Source: a virus
Taxonomy: Duplodnaviria; Caudoviricetes
IMG/VR virus record: IMGVR_UViG_3300046786_000055
Coordinates: 1-32,115 of that record
DNA: 32,115 nt
Strand: one strand, 5' to 3'
Below the pieces are notes generated by a model. It saw only the letters and a program-made list of their open reading frames with translations, ran no database searches and was not told the DNA's origin. The first letter of the stretch is position 1. Each line of letters begins with the position of its first letter. A program made the position numbers and the translations under genes. Of this stretch, positions 17,538-24,841 are shown one piece after another.

Positions 17538-17998
17538 TCTTGCTCGCCCTCTTGCTCACCATCAGATTCACCCGTATTCGGGCCACCGACCACCCATGCG
17601 TCACATGTACGGCTGGCTGCACACTTGAAGTCGAAAATCTCACAGTAGCCCAGATCGGCCAACTTGATCGTTCCCCACGGATCAGCCTCATTGCCAATGC
17701 CTTGCGCGATGCAGTTCTTGATCTTGTCAGACACATTGAATGCTGCGCAATTGCCGCAAAGACTTTGCTTGGCATCTTCAGTCGACACATCCCACTGGTT
17801 TGCCTTCTTAGCCCAAAACGCGCTGTTTGGCAACTTGGGATTCTCAGGACCATAAGCCGCGCTGGTGATTGCCTTGGCGCGATTCTTCAAATTCAATGTA
17901 ATGTCTTGCGTAGGCATGGGGCAGTTTTCGCCTGCGCTCATGTCTTCGCCATCCTCTTTGTCCATGACCTGTCTCATGGTGCGCTGCATCGTGGCCAT
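17534..17998 (-). CDS. Cys-rich hypothetical protein with HiPIP-like motif
   Basis: CGNCAAF ... GYCEIF ... TCDAW. Confidence 0.75.
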   Translation of the reverse strand: MATMQRTMRQVMDKEDGEDMSAGENCPMPTQDITLNLKNRAKAITSAAYGPENPKLPNSAFWAKKANQWDVSTEDAKQSLCGNCAAFNVSDKIKNCIAQGIGNEADPWGTIKLADLGYCEIFDFKCAASRTCDAWVVGGPNTGESDGEQEGEQE

Positions 17999-18165
17999 TA
18001 TTTCATTCCCTTCTTAGGCTTGATCTTGGCTTCGGACAAAGCAATGGCAATTGCCTGCTTGGGATTCTTCACAACCTTGCCAGTGCCACCGCTGTGGAGT
18101 TTGCCAGCCTTGTACTCACCCATCACTTTGCCGACCTTCTTTTGCGCTTTAGACATTGCCTTCAT
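17998..18165 (-). CDS. Small basic protein (DUF6496-like)
   Basis: Not in the track. MKAMSKAQKKVGKVMGEYKAGKLHSGGTGKVVKNPKQAIAIALSEAKIKPKKGMK*; preceded by an AAGGGG SD. Confidence 0.85.
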   Translation of the reverse strand: MKAMSKAQKKVGKVMGEYKAGKLHSGGTGKVVKNPKQAIAIALSEAKIKPKKGMK

Positions 18166-18198
18166 GGCGATCCCCTTTCATGGTTAGTAAATATCGAA

Positions 18199-19605
18199 TT
18201 ATGCAACCCGGACCAGGTTTCTGCGCAGTGGCTGAGACCACTTGCTTGAGCTGCTGCTACCATACATCCCGGCAATGGCATCAGACGCAAATGTCAGGAC
18301 AAAGGCATCAGCCTTGTCAGGGCTTGGCAGACCGCGCCTTCTGATCTCGTCTTTCCCCTCAATCTGAATCTTGCCGTTGCTGGTAAACCCATACCGCACT
18401 GTGGCCAACTCAGAGATCAGTACCTCGTCTTTTGGCATCTTGCAATCCCTGGCTTCCAGCCAAGCCCTTGCTCGATACCACAGTTCGGCTTTCAAGTTCC
18501 GATAAGTCCCACCCATGGCCGGACTCTCACTCACATTGATACCACGCGCTGGCAGGCCAAGCTCCCGGAGGCGATCCACCACACCAGCGCCAAGGCCAAT
18601 CGAGTCGACCAATATCTCTTTGGGCTGCTGACTTGGCGCTAGTGCCTGGTACTCGGCCACCACCGCGCCAGTCAGTTGCATCAGGTCCAGATTCTTCCAG
18701 GTCTTGATGTTCTCTGTCACGGCATTGCCCTGGCGCTTGCATAAAGCTGATCTGTCTGATCCAAACCTTGCCACATCCAAGCCCCAGATCATGGGCGCGT
18801 ACTCGCTTGGCGCAACATCCCGGTTGACTGCACTCTCCAAAAGGTCCATCGCAATGACAGTGTCATCGTCACCCTTTGGAAACTCACCCACCACGCGAAT
18901 CCGGTAGACATTGCTGTCTTCCCCATAGCGCATGGCCATCTCTTTGACATACTCATCACTCACCCTGGGCGAATCGGTACACGCCACCTGGAATGTGGTC
19001 CACTCACCAGACAGCCGTGTATGCGTGTCGTAAAAGAATCCAGAGCTTCTGACCGGATTACCCAGCAGCAGCGTCACAGCATTGTGGCCAGACATACTTC
19101 CAGCCGCAGCCTCGAACACTTGCTCTGGCACACCAGAAGCCTCATCAGCCACCAGCATCACATTCTCAGAGTGAATCCCCTGCAAAGCCTCTGGCTGCTC
19201 GGCCCTGCTTGTCCTGGCTGAAATAAACATCTCAGTCGGGGCAGCATTGAATTCAATCCTCTCTTGCTTAACTGTCAGCAGCCCCTGCAATGGCAAAGGC
19301 ATGGTGTTGATCCAGCGCTTCAGCTCTGCAAACATCGCGTCATAAAGCTGGCTGCTGGTAGGAGCTGTCACCACTACCTTGACTGGCGACCTGGTCATAA
19401 AGTACCAGAGCATGGCCCAGGATGATGCTGTCGATTTCCCCACCCCGTGGCCAGACCGAACGCTTATCTTCCTATCACCACGCGCAATTGCACCAAGAAA
19501 CTTCACTTGCCATGGGTCAGGGTCTACCCCCAAAACCTCACGCACAAACAGCACCGGGTCAGGCTGATACCTCTCCACCCACAACGCAAATACATTTTCT
19601 TTCAT
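18199..19605 (-). CDS. terL: Terminase large subunit
   Basis: Walker A 'SGHGVGKS', Walker B 'LVADEASG', 'LGNP', nuclease 'GLDVARFGSD' and 'SPDKADA'. Confidence 0.95.
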   Translation of the reverse strand: MKENVFALWVERYQPDPVLFVREVLGVDPDPWQVKFLGAIARGDRKISVRSGHGVGKSTASSWAMLWYFMTRSPVKVVVTAPTSSQLYDAMFAELKRWINTMPLPLQGLLTVKQERIEFNAAPTEMFISARTSRAEQPEALQGIHSENVMLVADEASGVPEQVFEAAAGSMSGHNAVTLLLGNPVRSSGFFYDTHTRLSGEWTTFQVACTDSPRVSDEYVKEMAMRYGEDSNVYRIRVVGEFPKGDDDTVIAMDLLESAVNRDVAPSEYAPMIWGLDVARFGSDRSALCKRQGNAVTENIKTWKNLDLMQLTGAVVAEYQALAPSQQPKEILVDSIGLGAGVVDRLRELGLPARGINVSESPAMGGTYRNLKAELWYRARAWLEARDCKMPKDEVLISELATVRYGFTSNGKIQIEGKDEIRRRGLPSPDKADAFVLTFASDAIAGMYGSSSSSKWSQPLRRNLVRVA

Positions 19606-19805
19606 GGATGCATCGTCTCATAGATGGCCCAGGCCGAGGGGCTCATCGCAAACTTATATGCATCAAGCTCATCCATTCGCACCAGGATCAAAAGCTGGTA
19701 AGTCATGGCCAGGTCAAAGTAGCCACTCTGCACAGCCTCCAGCATCTTGATCCTCAAATCCACCAGGACCACCTCCAGGTGTAGCGCTGTCAACAGATCA
19801 CTCAT
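19602..19805 (-). CDS. Hypothetical protein (67 aa)
   Basis: Start moved to MSDLL; ATGA overlaps at both ends. Confidence 0.7.
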   Translation of the reverse strand: MSDLLTALHLEVVLVDLRIKMLEAVQSGYFDLAMTYQLLILVRMDELDAYKFAMSPSAWAIYETMHP

Positions 19806-20002
19806 TTGTTTTGCCTCACTTGCTTCAGATTCCTTCCCGTCACCCGGTCGGTCCAGCACGATGCACACACCCACTTGGTGGCACTCATCTCCACCCCACC
19901 CTCTGGTGGCTTCTCTTTGGCACACTTACTGCACAGCTGCAATTTGTGCGCATGCATGTTTCCATTCAACCGGAGGTGGTTATTTACAAAATTGCTTTTC
20001 AT
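19802..20002 (-). CDS. Small zinc-finger protein
   Basis: CSKC ... WVCASC. Confidence 0.75.
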   Translation of the reverse strand: MKSNFVNNHLRLNGNMHAHKLQLCSKCAKEKPPEGGVEMSATKWVCASCWTDRVTGRNLKQVRQNK

Positions 20003-20105
20003 CTTTTTTCTTTTCTTCCGGTTTTTCTTTATTCTTATTACCGAATATCTTTTCCCAATTATCCTGATAATCCTTACCAGGTCTTTGACTTGAACCTTTT
20101 CCCAT
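19980..20105 (-). CDS. 41-aa charged micropeptide
   Basis: Not in the track. MGKGSSQRPGKDYQDNWEKIFGNKNKEKPEEKKKDEKQFCK*; the 'GKGS..RP...NW..IF' pattern recalls a recurrent small phage protein. Confidence 0.7.
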   Translation of the reverse strand: MGKGSSQRPGKDYQDNWEKIFGNKNKEKPEEKKKDEKQFCK

Positions 20106-20107
20106 AA

Positions 20108-20269
20108 TCACTGAAACCTTTGAATCTTATTATCTTGGTGGATTAACCACCGATTACCTAATAATCGAATAGCCTTAATATATTGTTTCTGATTATGTCG
20201 ATTGGTATGTTTAGGGACCATATTCGAATTGAATAATCTTCGCACCTTAATAAGCATTTCAGTTTTCAT
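20108..20269 (-). CDS. 53-aa basic hypothetical protein
   Basis: Not in the track. MKTEMLIKVRRLFNSNMVPKHTNRHNQKQYIKAIRLLGNRWLIHQDNKIQRFQ*; ATGA-coupled. Confidence 0.7.
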   Translation of the reverse strand: MKTEMLIKVRRLFNSNMVPKHTNRHNQKQYIKAIRLLGNRWLIHQDNKIQRFQ

Positions 20270-20430
20270 ATTATCCCCATGATTAAGTTAATGTCGACCC
20301 AGGTGTGCCAGGTCGTTTGCCCATCTGGACTCATTAAGGTGCAGAAGACTTTTCTGTCTCTTTGCTCATCAGTGTCGATGACGATCCATTCCTGGCCATT
20401 GATGACCACTGCTGCTTGCTTCGTTTTCAT
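20266..20430 (-). CDS. 54-aa hypothetical protein
   Basis: Not in the track. MKTKQAAVVINGQEWIVIDTDEQRDRKVFCTLMSPDGQTTWHTWVDINLIMGII*. Confidence 0.7.
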   Translation of the reverse strand: MKTKQAAVVINGQEWIVIDTDEQRDRKVFCTLMSPDGQTTWHTWVDINLIMGII

Positions 20431-20595
20431 AGCGTTTCAGTGTTGTTAGTGGAATTGACATTTTTGCACAAATTGACTTAATTGTTAACTACCTCAAAAT
20501 TTTTTTAGGAATTTTTTTTGTAGGTGTTTAGCACCGCCACAGCCGCCCCCTCCAAACCCTGGGCTGGGGGGGTCTCGCGCCCAGGTCGCCAGCCA

Positions 20596-20697
20596 TTGTC
20601 CACAGCCATTTCTCCACTTCTATCCACAGATTGCTGTGCATAACTGCATCAGTAACACTAGAGCATTACTTTTTCTGTGGATATTGACTTATCCACT
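20596..20697. promoter_or_regulatory. Cluster of six DnaA-box-like 9-mers
   Basis: TTGTCCACA 20596, TTCTCCACT 20610, CTATCCACA 20620, TGTGCATAA 20635, TGTGGATAT 20676, TTATCCACT 20689. Confidence 0.65.
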
Positions 20698-20740
20698 TAA
20701 CATAATGGTCATTGTATAAAGTGACTGAGTGCTTCGGTAT

Positions 20741-21223
20741 TCACTTCTCATCAAATGTCACACTGCGCTTGCGCAGTGCATCAAGCGCCATGCTGCCCAG
20801 GTCAATGTTGACCAATGGCTGCTGCTTGTCGCTGAATTCCTCCGAGAGCTTGCTGGCCAGCCAGCGCCTGGTATCCACGCGCAGCTTGGCCACTTGCGCC
20901 TCTTGAGGGCTTGCAGCGTCTGCGATATCGATCGTTTGCTCTGCTAAACTCTGCCCTGCGCGCACACGGGCGCGCGCGTAGGCAGCCATGCGTGCCTCGC
21001 CTCCTTTTTCCACCCATCTGTCGAATGTGGTGTTCCCGACCCCCAATAACTTGCACAGTGCGGAGATCGTACCGCCCGATGCAATGAATTCGATCACGGC
21101 ATCTTCACCACCAAACTTGTGTATCGCTTTATTGGCCAGGCTGACTTCAGCCTTCCTGGCTTGTGCTGCTGCGATGTTTGCAGCGCCCTGGTCGGCAATT
21201 TCAGCCAATGTGTTGCGTGCCAT
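20741..21223 (-). CDS. terS: Terminase small subunit (Sf6-like)
   Basis: HTH followed by 'YARAR...LAEQTIDIAD...AKLRVDTRRWLASKL'. Confidence 0.9.
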   Translation of the reverse strand: MARNTLAEIADQGAANIAAAQARKAEVSLANKAIHKFGGEDAVIEFIASGGTISALCKLLGVGNTTFDRWVEKGGEARMAAYARARVRAGQSLAEQTIDIADAASPQEAQVAKLRVDTRRWLASKLSEEFSDKQQPLVNIDLGSMALDALRKRSVTFDEK

Positions 21224-21584
21224 TCAGATAATCCTCAATTGTTTTGATTGCTTCGGCAGCTGATCTGGCGACCACTGACCGATAACCTTTTGCATTTAAC
21301 TGCAAACCCACATCACTTTGCTTGCTTGAAACCTTGCCAGTGTCTGTCTTCATCTCCACAAACAAGCCATAAAACCCGTTTTTGGCCTCCAGGACACACA
21401 AATCAGGCATCCCTGCCAGTACACCCTCAGAATGCAGCCTAACGCGCTCTGAAGCCGTTCTATCGCCTCCATTTGGTATCGCTGCAATGATGGTGTCAGG
21501 ATAAAACGCTCGAATGTGCTGCACCACCTTGACTTGCTCAATGTGTTCAATGCTTTTTCGCTTGCGCTTTATGTCAACCACCAT
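21201..21584 (-). CDS. VRR-NUC domain nuclease
   Basis: 'EHIEQ', 'AIPNGG.R', 'GVLAGMPDL', 'FVEMK...GKVS..Q'; start moved to MVVDIK. Confidence 0.9.
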   Translation of the reverse strand: MVVDIKRKRKSIEHIEQVKVVQHIRAFYPDTIIAAIPNGGDRTASERVRLHSEGVLAGMPDLCVLEAKNGFYGLFVEMKTDTGKVSSKQSDVGLQLNAKGYRSVVARSAAEAIKTIEDYLNGTQHIG

Positions 21585-21883
21585 TCCTCGGATTCTACTG
21601 CCGAGGGTTTGGCTTGGTACATGTGGCATCGGTGCTTCACATCGGTCGGGAATGCAGCAAGGCCAGTTTTGCCGCACTGATGCTCGGTCCATGTAACTGT
21701 TGCCCATCCATTCCTAATCTTTGCCTGGTCAAACATCCATTGCAAAGGTTTGGCATTGACCTTTCTGTGCTTCTCCATCTGGTCTGCTGGCATGGACTGC
21801 TTCATGTCGACCATTTCCGCATTAGCGCAGTTTTGGCAGAAAACCCGATCATCTTCAACAAATTCTGTTTCTGTGGATAACAT
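21569..21883 (-). CDS. Hypothetical Cys/His zinc-binding protein
   Basis: 'DDRVFCQNC' ... 'HQC' ... 'HRC'. Confidence 0.75.
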   Translation of the reverse strand: MLSTETEFVEDDRVFCQNCANAEMVDMKQSMPADQMEKHRKVNAKPLQWMFDQAKIRNGWATVTWTEHQCGKTGLAAFPTDVKHRCHMYQAKPSAVESEEWWLT

Positions 21884-22107
21884 GTGGATAACTTTCTTGT
21901 GTGTTGGACCATCAAATGCTCGTTTCTAATACGGAAAGCCCTTAAGGTTTTTTCCGCCTTTCCGGATTAGAAACCGCAATAGCTTCCAAGCCGAGACTGA
22001 TCTGTGGATAAGTGGGTCTAAAGACCCCACTTATCCAACAATCCCTGCCATTGTCTAATACGGAATTCCGCATTAGTTCCGCATTAGTTCCGCCTTTCCG
22101 CATTAGA
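21815..22107. repeat. Putative replication origin: TTCCGNATTAG iterons, DnaA boxes and hairpins
   Basis: Iterons at 21815, 21926(rc), 21960, 22055(rc), 22066, 22077, 22096; TGTGGATAA at 21872, 21883, 22003; hairpin 22005-22037. Confidence 0.75.
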
Positions 22108-22111
22108 CAAA

Positions 22112-24274
22112 TCATGCGAGTCTGACCCAGCCAGACAGTGGCTCGTTTGGTGCGAACCTGGCAAAGATGGCCGTGCCAATGTGTTTGCGGATATAGCCTG
22201 CATCGCTGCCTTTGACGCTGGAAAAGATTTCAGTCCAGTCCAGTTGGTAGTGGTTTTGGAGTTCCTTTGGAATGTTGGGGCGACCTGGCCCTCTGCGCAT
22301 AATGACATTTGTTTTGTCATTGATGATGGCCTGGACATGGTTGCAGACCTCATCGCACTTGTCCTGGATTCTTTGTTCTCTGGCGCTGTCTTGCATGGAC
22401 TGTTTGGCTGCCATGCGCTCTTTCTCTGAAGACATGGATGGAATGGCCACCCGGCAGATGATCTCTTGGATGTCGTTGTTAGGCGTTGTCACCAGTTCTG
22501 GGAATGTGATGCTGTCGAACCTGATCTCTCTGAAGACTGGCTCGTAGCGCGTTTTTGTCAGCTTGAGGTAGCGTTGATTGTCCTCATCCAGGAATAGCAC
22601 GCCTGTGAGGGTTGCGTCTCCAGTGAATGCTGATGCACCACGGGCCATTGCGTCTGACTCCTGGCGTGAGACTGCCTTGTTCAAGTGGGTCAGGATACAG
22701 ACTGGCGCTTTTTGCTGGATGAAGATGGTCTGCTTGATGGCTGCAATGAAGCTGCCGACCTCTGAGTTGTTGTTCTCATCATCAATATCCATGGTCGCAT
22801 TGGCAGTGTCCAGCACCAATAATGGCCTGATGCCGTTGATGGTGTGTTTCTCAATATTATGTGCAAGCCTGAGTAAATCCTTAACTTCAGACCTTCTGGC
22901 ATCAATTACCACAAACCAATCGTTTAGATTATTGATTTTGAAATGTTTTGAATATGCGAAAAGAGTCCTGATTATCTGTTCACTGTCTTCAGTGACAATA
23001 ATCGTTTTTCTTTTTGTCTTGGCATATATCTCGCAGCCTTCCAGATTAAATCCAGCCATGACCATGGACATGGAAAGAATCGCTGTGGTCTTGCCAACAC
23101 CTGGCTGGCCTGCCAGGACAAAGAAACTGTGAGCCATGAAGCCTTCGATCAAGTAGTCGATGGGCTTGAGATGGGTCAGGTCGAGCTGGAGTTCTGGCCA
23201 GGATGGGTCGGTTTGTGCATCGACTGGCGCTTGGGCTTGGCTGATTACTGCTGCAAAGTCTTCAACGGCTGACTTTCTTTCGGCCTGCTTTGTTGGAGCT
23301 TCCCAGCCAGCATCTTTGGCGTGCTTGAAGAGTGTTCCGATGCCAACACCTTTGCCCTGGTGAAAGCTCTTCCAATGGGTCTCGATGTCTTTTGTTCCAG
23401 CAAACTTCTGGCCAGCCATGGACCATTGCATCCATGGTCCGAGGCCGTTCTCACCAAATTCGGTGTGTAAGGCTTGGCCCAGCTCAATCCACTGATCGTA
23501 ATCGCAGTCTGGACTGATGAAGTGCAAAGCCTTGATGGCACGATCCAAGTCGCTGTCATCCAGCCTTGAGCCTAATTGGCTGAAGTCAAAGGATTGACTT
23601 GGAGCTGTTGGCTTTGGCTCTTGCAGCTGGTGCTGCTCAATGATTCCCCAGTCTTTGAGCAAATCGTAGAGGTCTACGGCCTCGTGGAATTCCCCGGCCA
23701 CCTGGTTGCCACTGAGTAGCACTGACTTGCCAGCACTGTTTGGCAGGCCGAATACCTCAAGCTCTTGGCCACCACCCAGCTTGTACTTTGGCAGCACCAG
23801 GTCTTTTGTTGCTGGCGCTTTGACCCACAAAAAGACATGGCGGCCACGGCCACTGACTGATACTTCGGTCAGCATGTTGTTAGCCTTGACATACTTGGCC
23901 ATGCGCTGGATGGCCACATTGGTTGGGCCAGATGCGTGCTTCATGTCTACATCCAGGCAGACCAGAAAATCGCCTGATGGACTGATGATGGGGCGCTGCT
24001 GGACCAGTCCAAGATATTGGCCATGTGGCGCTTGATCCATGGACCAAATGTCTTCAGCAGTGTAGAGGTCATTTAGGTCGGTGTCCCGTGCCACGCCTTG
24101 GCCGCTTCGCTTAAATGGAATCTTTTTGCTGCCTTGCAGGGCAAAGGTACAAAAGACTGCATCAGGTGCGACAGCGCCTATCTTGCAGGCCACAGTCTGC
24201 GACTGCAAAAATGTATCGTTTTGGGGTGTTTCAGTTATGATTGGCACTGAAATTCCTTTGGTTTGGTGTTTCAT
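22112..24274 (-). CDS. Primase-polymerase (AEP-like) / PriCT_2 / AAA_25 RecA-like helicase fusion
   Basis: 'CLDVD', 'EVSVSGRGRH', PriCT_2 'DYDQWIELGQAL...W..WS', Walker A 'AGQPGVGKT', 'LVLDT', 'RGASAF'. Start could be GTG at 24247. Confidence 0.9.
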   Translation of the reverse strand: MKHQTKGISVPIITETPQNDTFLQSQTVACKIGAVAPDAVFCTFALQGSKKIPFKRSGQGVARDTDLNDLYTAEDIWSMDQAPHGQYLGLVQQRPIISPSGDFLVCLDVDMKHASGPTNVAIQRMAKYVKANNMLTEVSVSGRGRHVFLWVKAPATKDLVLPKYKLGGGQELEVFGLPNSAGKSVLLSGNQVAGEFHEAVDLYDLLKDWGIIEQHQLQEPKPTAPSQSFDFSQLGSRLDDSDLDRAIKALHFISPDCDYDQWIELGQALHTEFGENGLGPWMQWSMAGQKFAGTKDIETHWKSFHQGKGVGIGTLFKHAKDAGWEAPTKQAERKSAVEDFAAVISQAQAPVDAQTDPSWPELQLDLTHLKPIDYLIEGFMAHSFFVLAGQPGVGKTTAILSMSMVMAGFNLEGCEIYAKTKRKTIIVTEDSEQIIRTLFAYSKHFKINNLNDWFVVIDARRSEVKDLLRLAHNIEKHTINGIRPLLVLDTANATMDIDDENNNSEVGSFIAAIKQTIFIQQKAPVCILTHLNKAVSRQESDAMARGASAFTGDATLTGVLFLDEDNQRYLKLTKTRYEPVFREIRFDSITFPELVTTPNNDIQEIICRVAIPSMSSEKERMAAKQSMQDSAREQRIQDKCDEVCNHVQAIINDKTNVIMRRGPGRPNIPKELQNHYQLDWTEIFSSVKGSDAGYIRKHIGTAIFARFAPNEPLSGWVRLA

Positions 24275-24297
24275 TTTGTAGGTTGCCCTTGAGTTTT

Positions 24298-24338
24298 GCC
24301 CTGGTCAGAGTTTGCGCTTGGACCAGGGCTTTCTTTTT
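24298..24338 (+). terminator. Plus-strand rho-independent terminator, antisense to the primase leader
   Basis: GCCCTGGTC-14 nt-GACCAGGGC-TTTCTTTTT; the U-tract exists only in the plus orientation. Confidence 0.7.
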
Positions 24339-24364
24339 GGACAATGAGGGATGGATTCTATGTC

Positions 24365-24841
24365 TTAGCCAATGGCCTCCACAATGGGCCTGGCTCTTCG
24401 GTGCTTGATGGCTTCATAGACATACTTGATGGCATTCTCAAGCTCTGCAATGGTGCAGACATCTAGCTGTGCATCATGCACTTCCATGCCAGTGTTCATG
24501 GCCTGCATCTCTGGCCCGGTGAATAGAAATGAGCCTTTCTGGACACCACGCTTGGCCATGTTGTAGATGGCATCTTGGGCTGCCTTGATCTCTGGAGCGT
24601 ATTCCTTTCCAAGCGCTGGGTTGATGATGTGCAGCGCCTCGGCCATGTTCATGGCTGCAATAAGAATGTCGACTTTGTTGCGGTCGCCATGGCCTTGTGT
24701 GACATCAGTGAGAGCTGAATGGTTTTTGATCTTGAGACTGATGGCTTCACCAGACTCGCTCATGGGTTTGAAGCCATTGATCACCCAGGACACTGGATCA
24801 GCAAAGACTTTTCTAGGTCTGTACTTGCTGCGCTTTTTCAT
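24365..24841 (-). CDS. Conserved hypothetical phage protein
   Basis: 158 aa, basic N-terminus MKKRSKYRPR; ATGA-coupled. Confidence 0.8.
   Translation of the reverse strand: MKKRSKYRPRKVFADPVSWVINGFKPMSESGEAISLKIKNHSALTDVTQGHGDRNKVDILIAAMNMAEALHIINPALGKEYAPEIKAAQDAIYNMAKRGVQKGSFLFTGPEMQAMNTGMEVHDAQLDVCTIAELENAIKYVYEAIKHRRARPIVEAIG

Noticed and set aside
17525-18187. 220-aa plus-strand ORF
   Set aside because: Antisense to two well-supported minus-strand genes.
20431-20740. tRNA or other known structured RNA in the non-coding gap
   Set aside because: No cloverleaf or T-loop motif recognisable; a covariance-model search was not run.
22055-22107. Short repeats as a mini-CRISPR array
   Set aside because: The units are 11 bp, abutting or inverted, with no unique spacers; they fit iterons.
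21942-22115. 57-aa minus-strand ORF ATGA-coupled to the primase stop
   Set aside because: It runs through the iterons and hairpin and its sequence is dictated by them; probably non-coding, though translation cannot be excluded.
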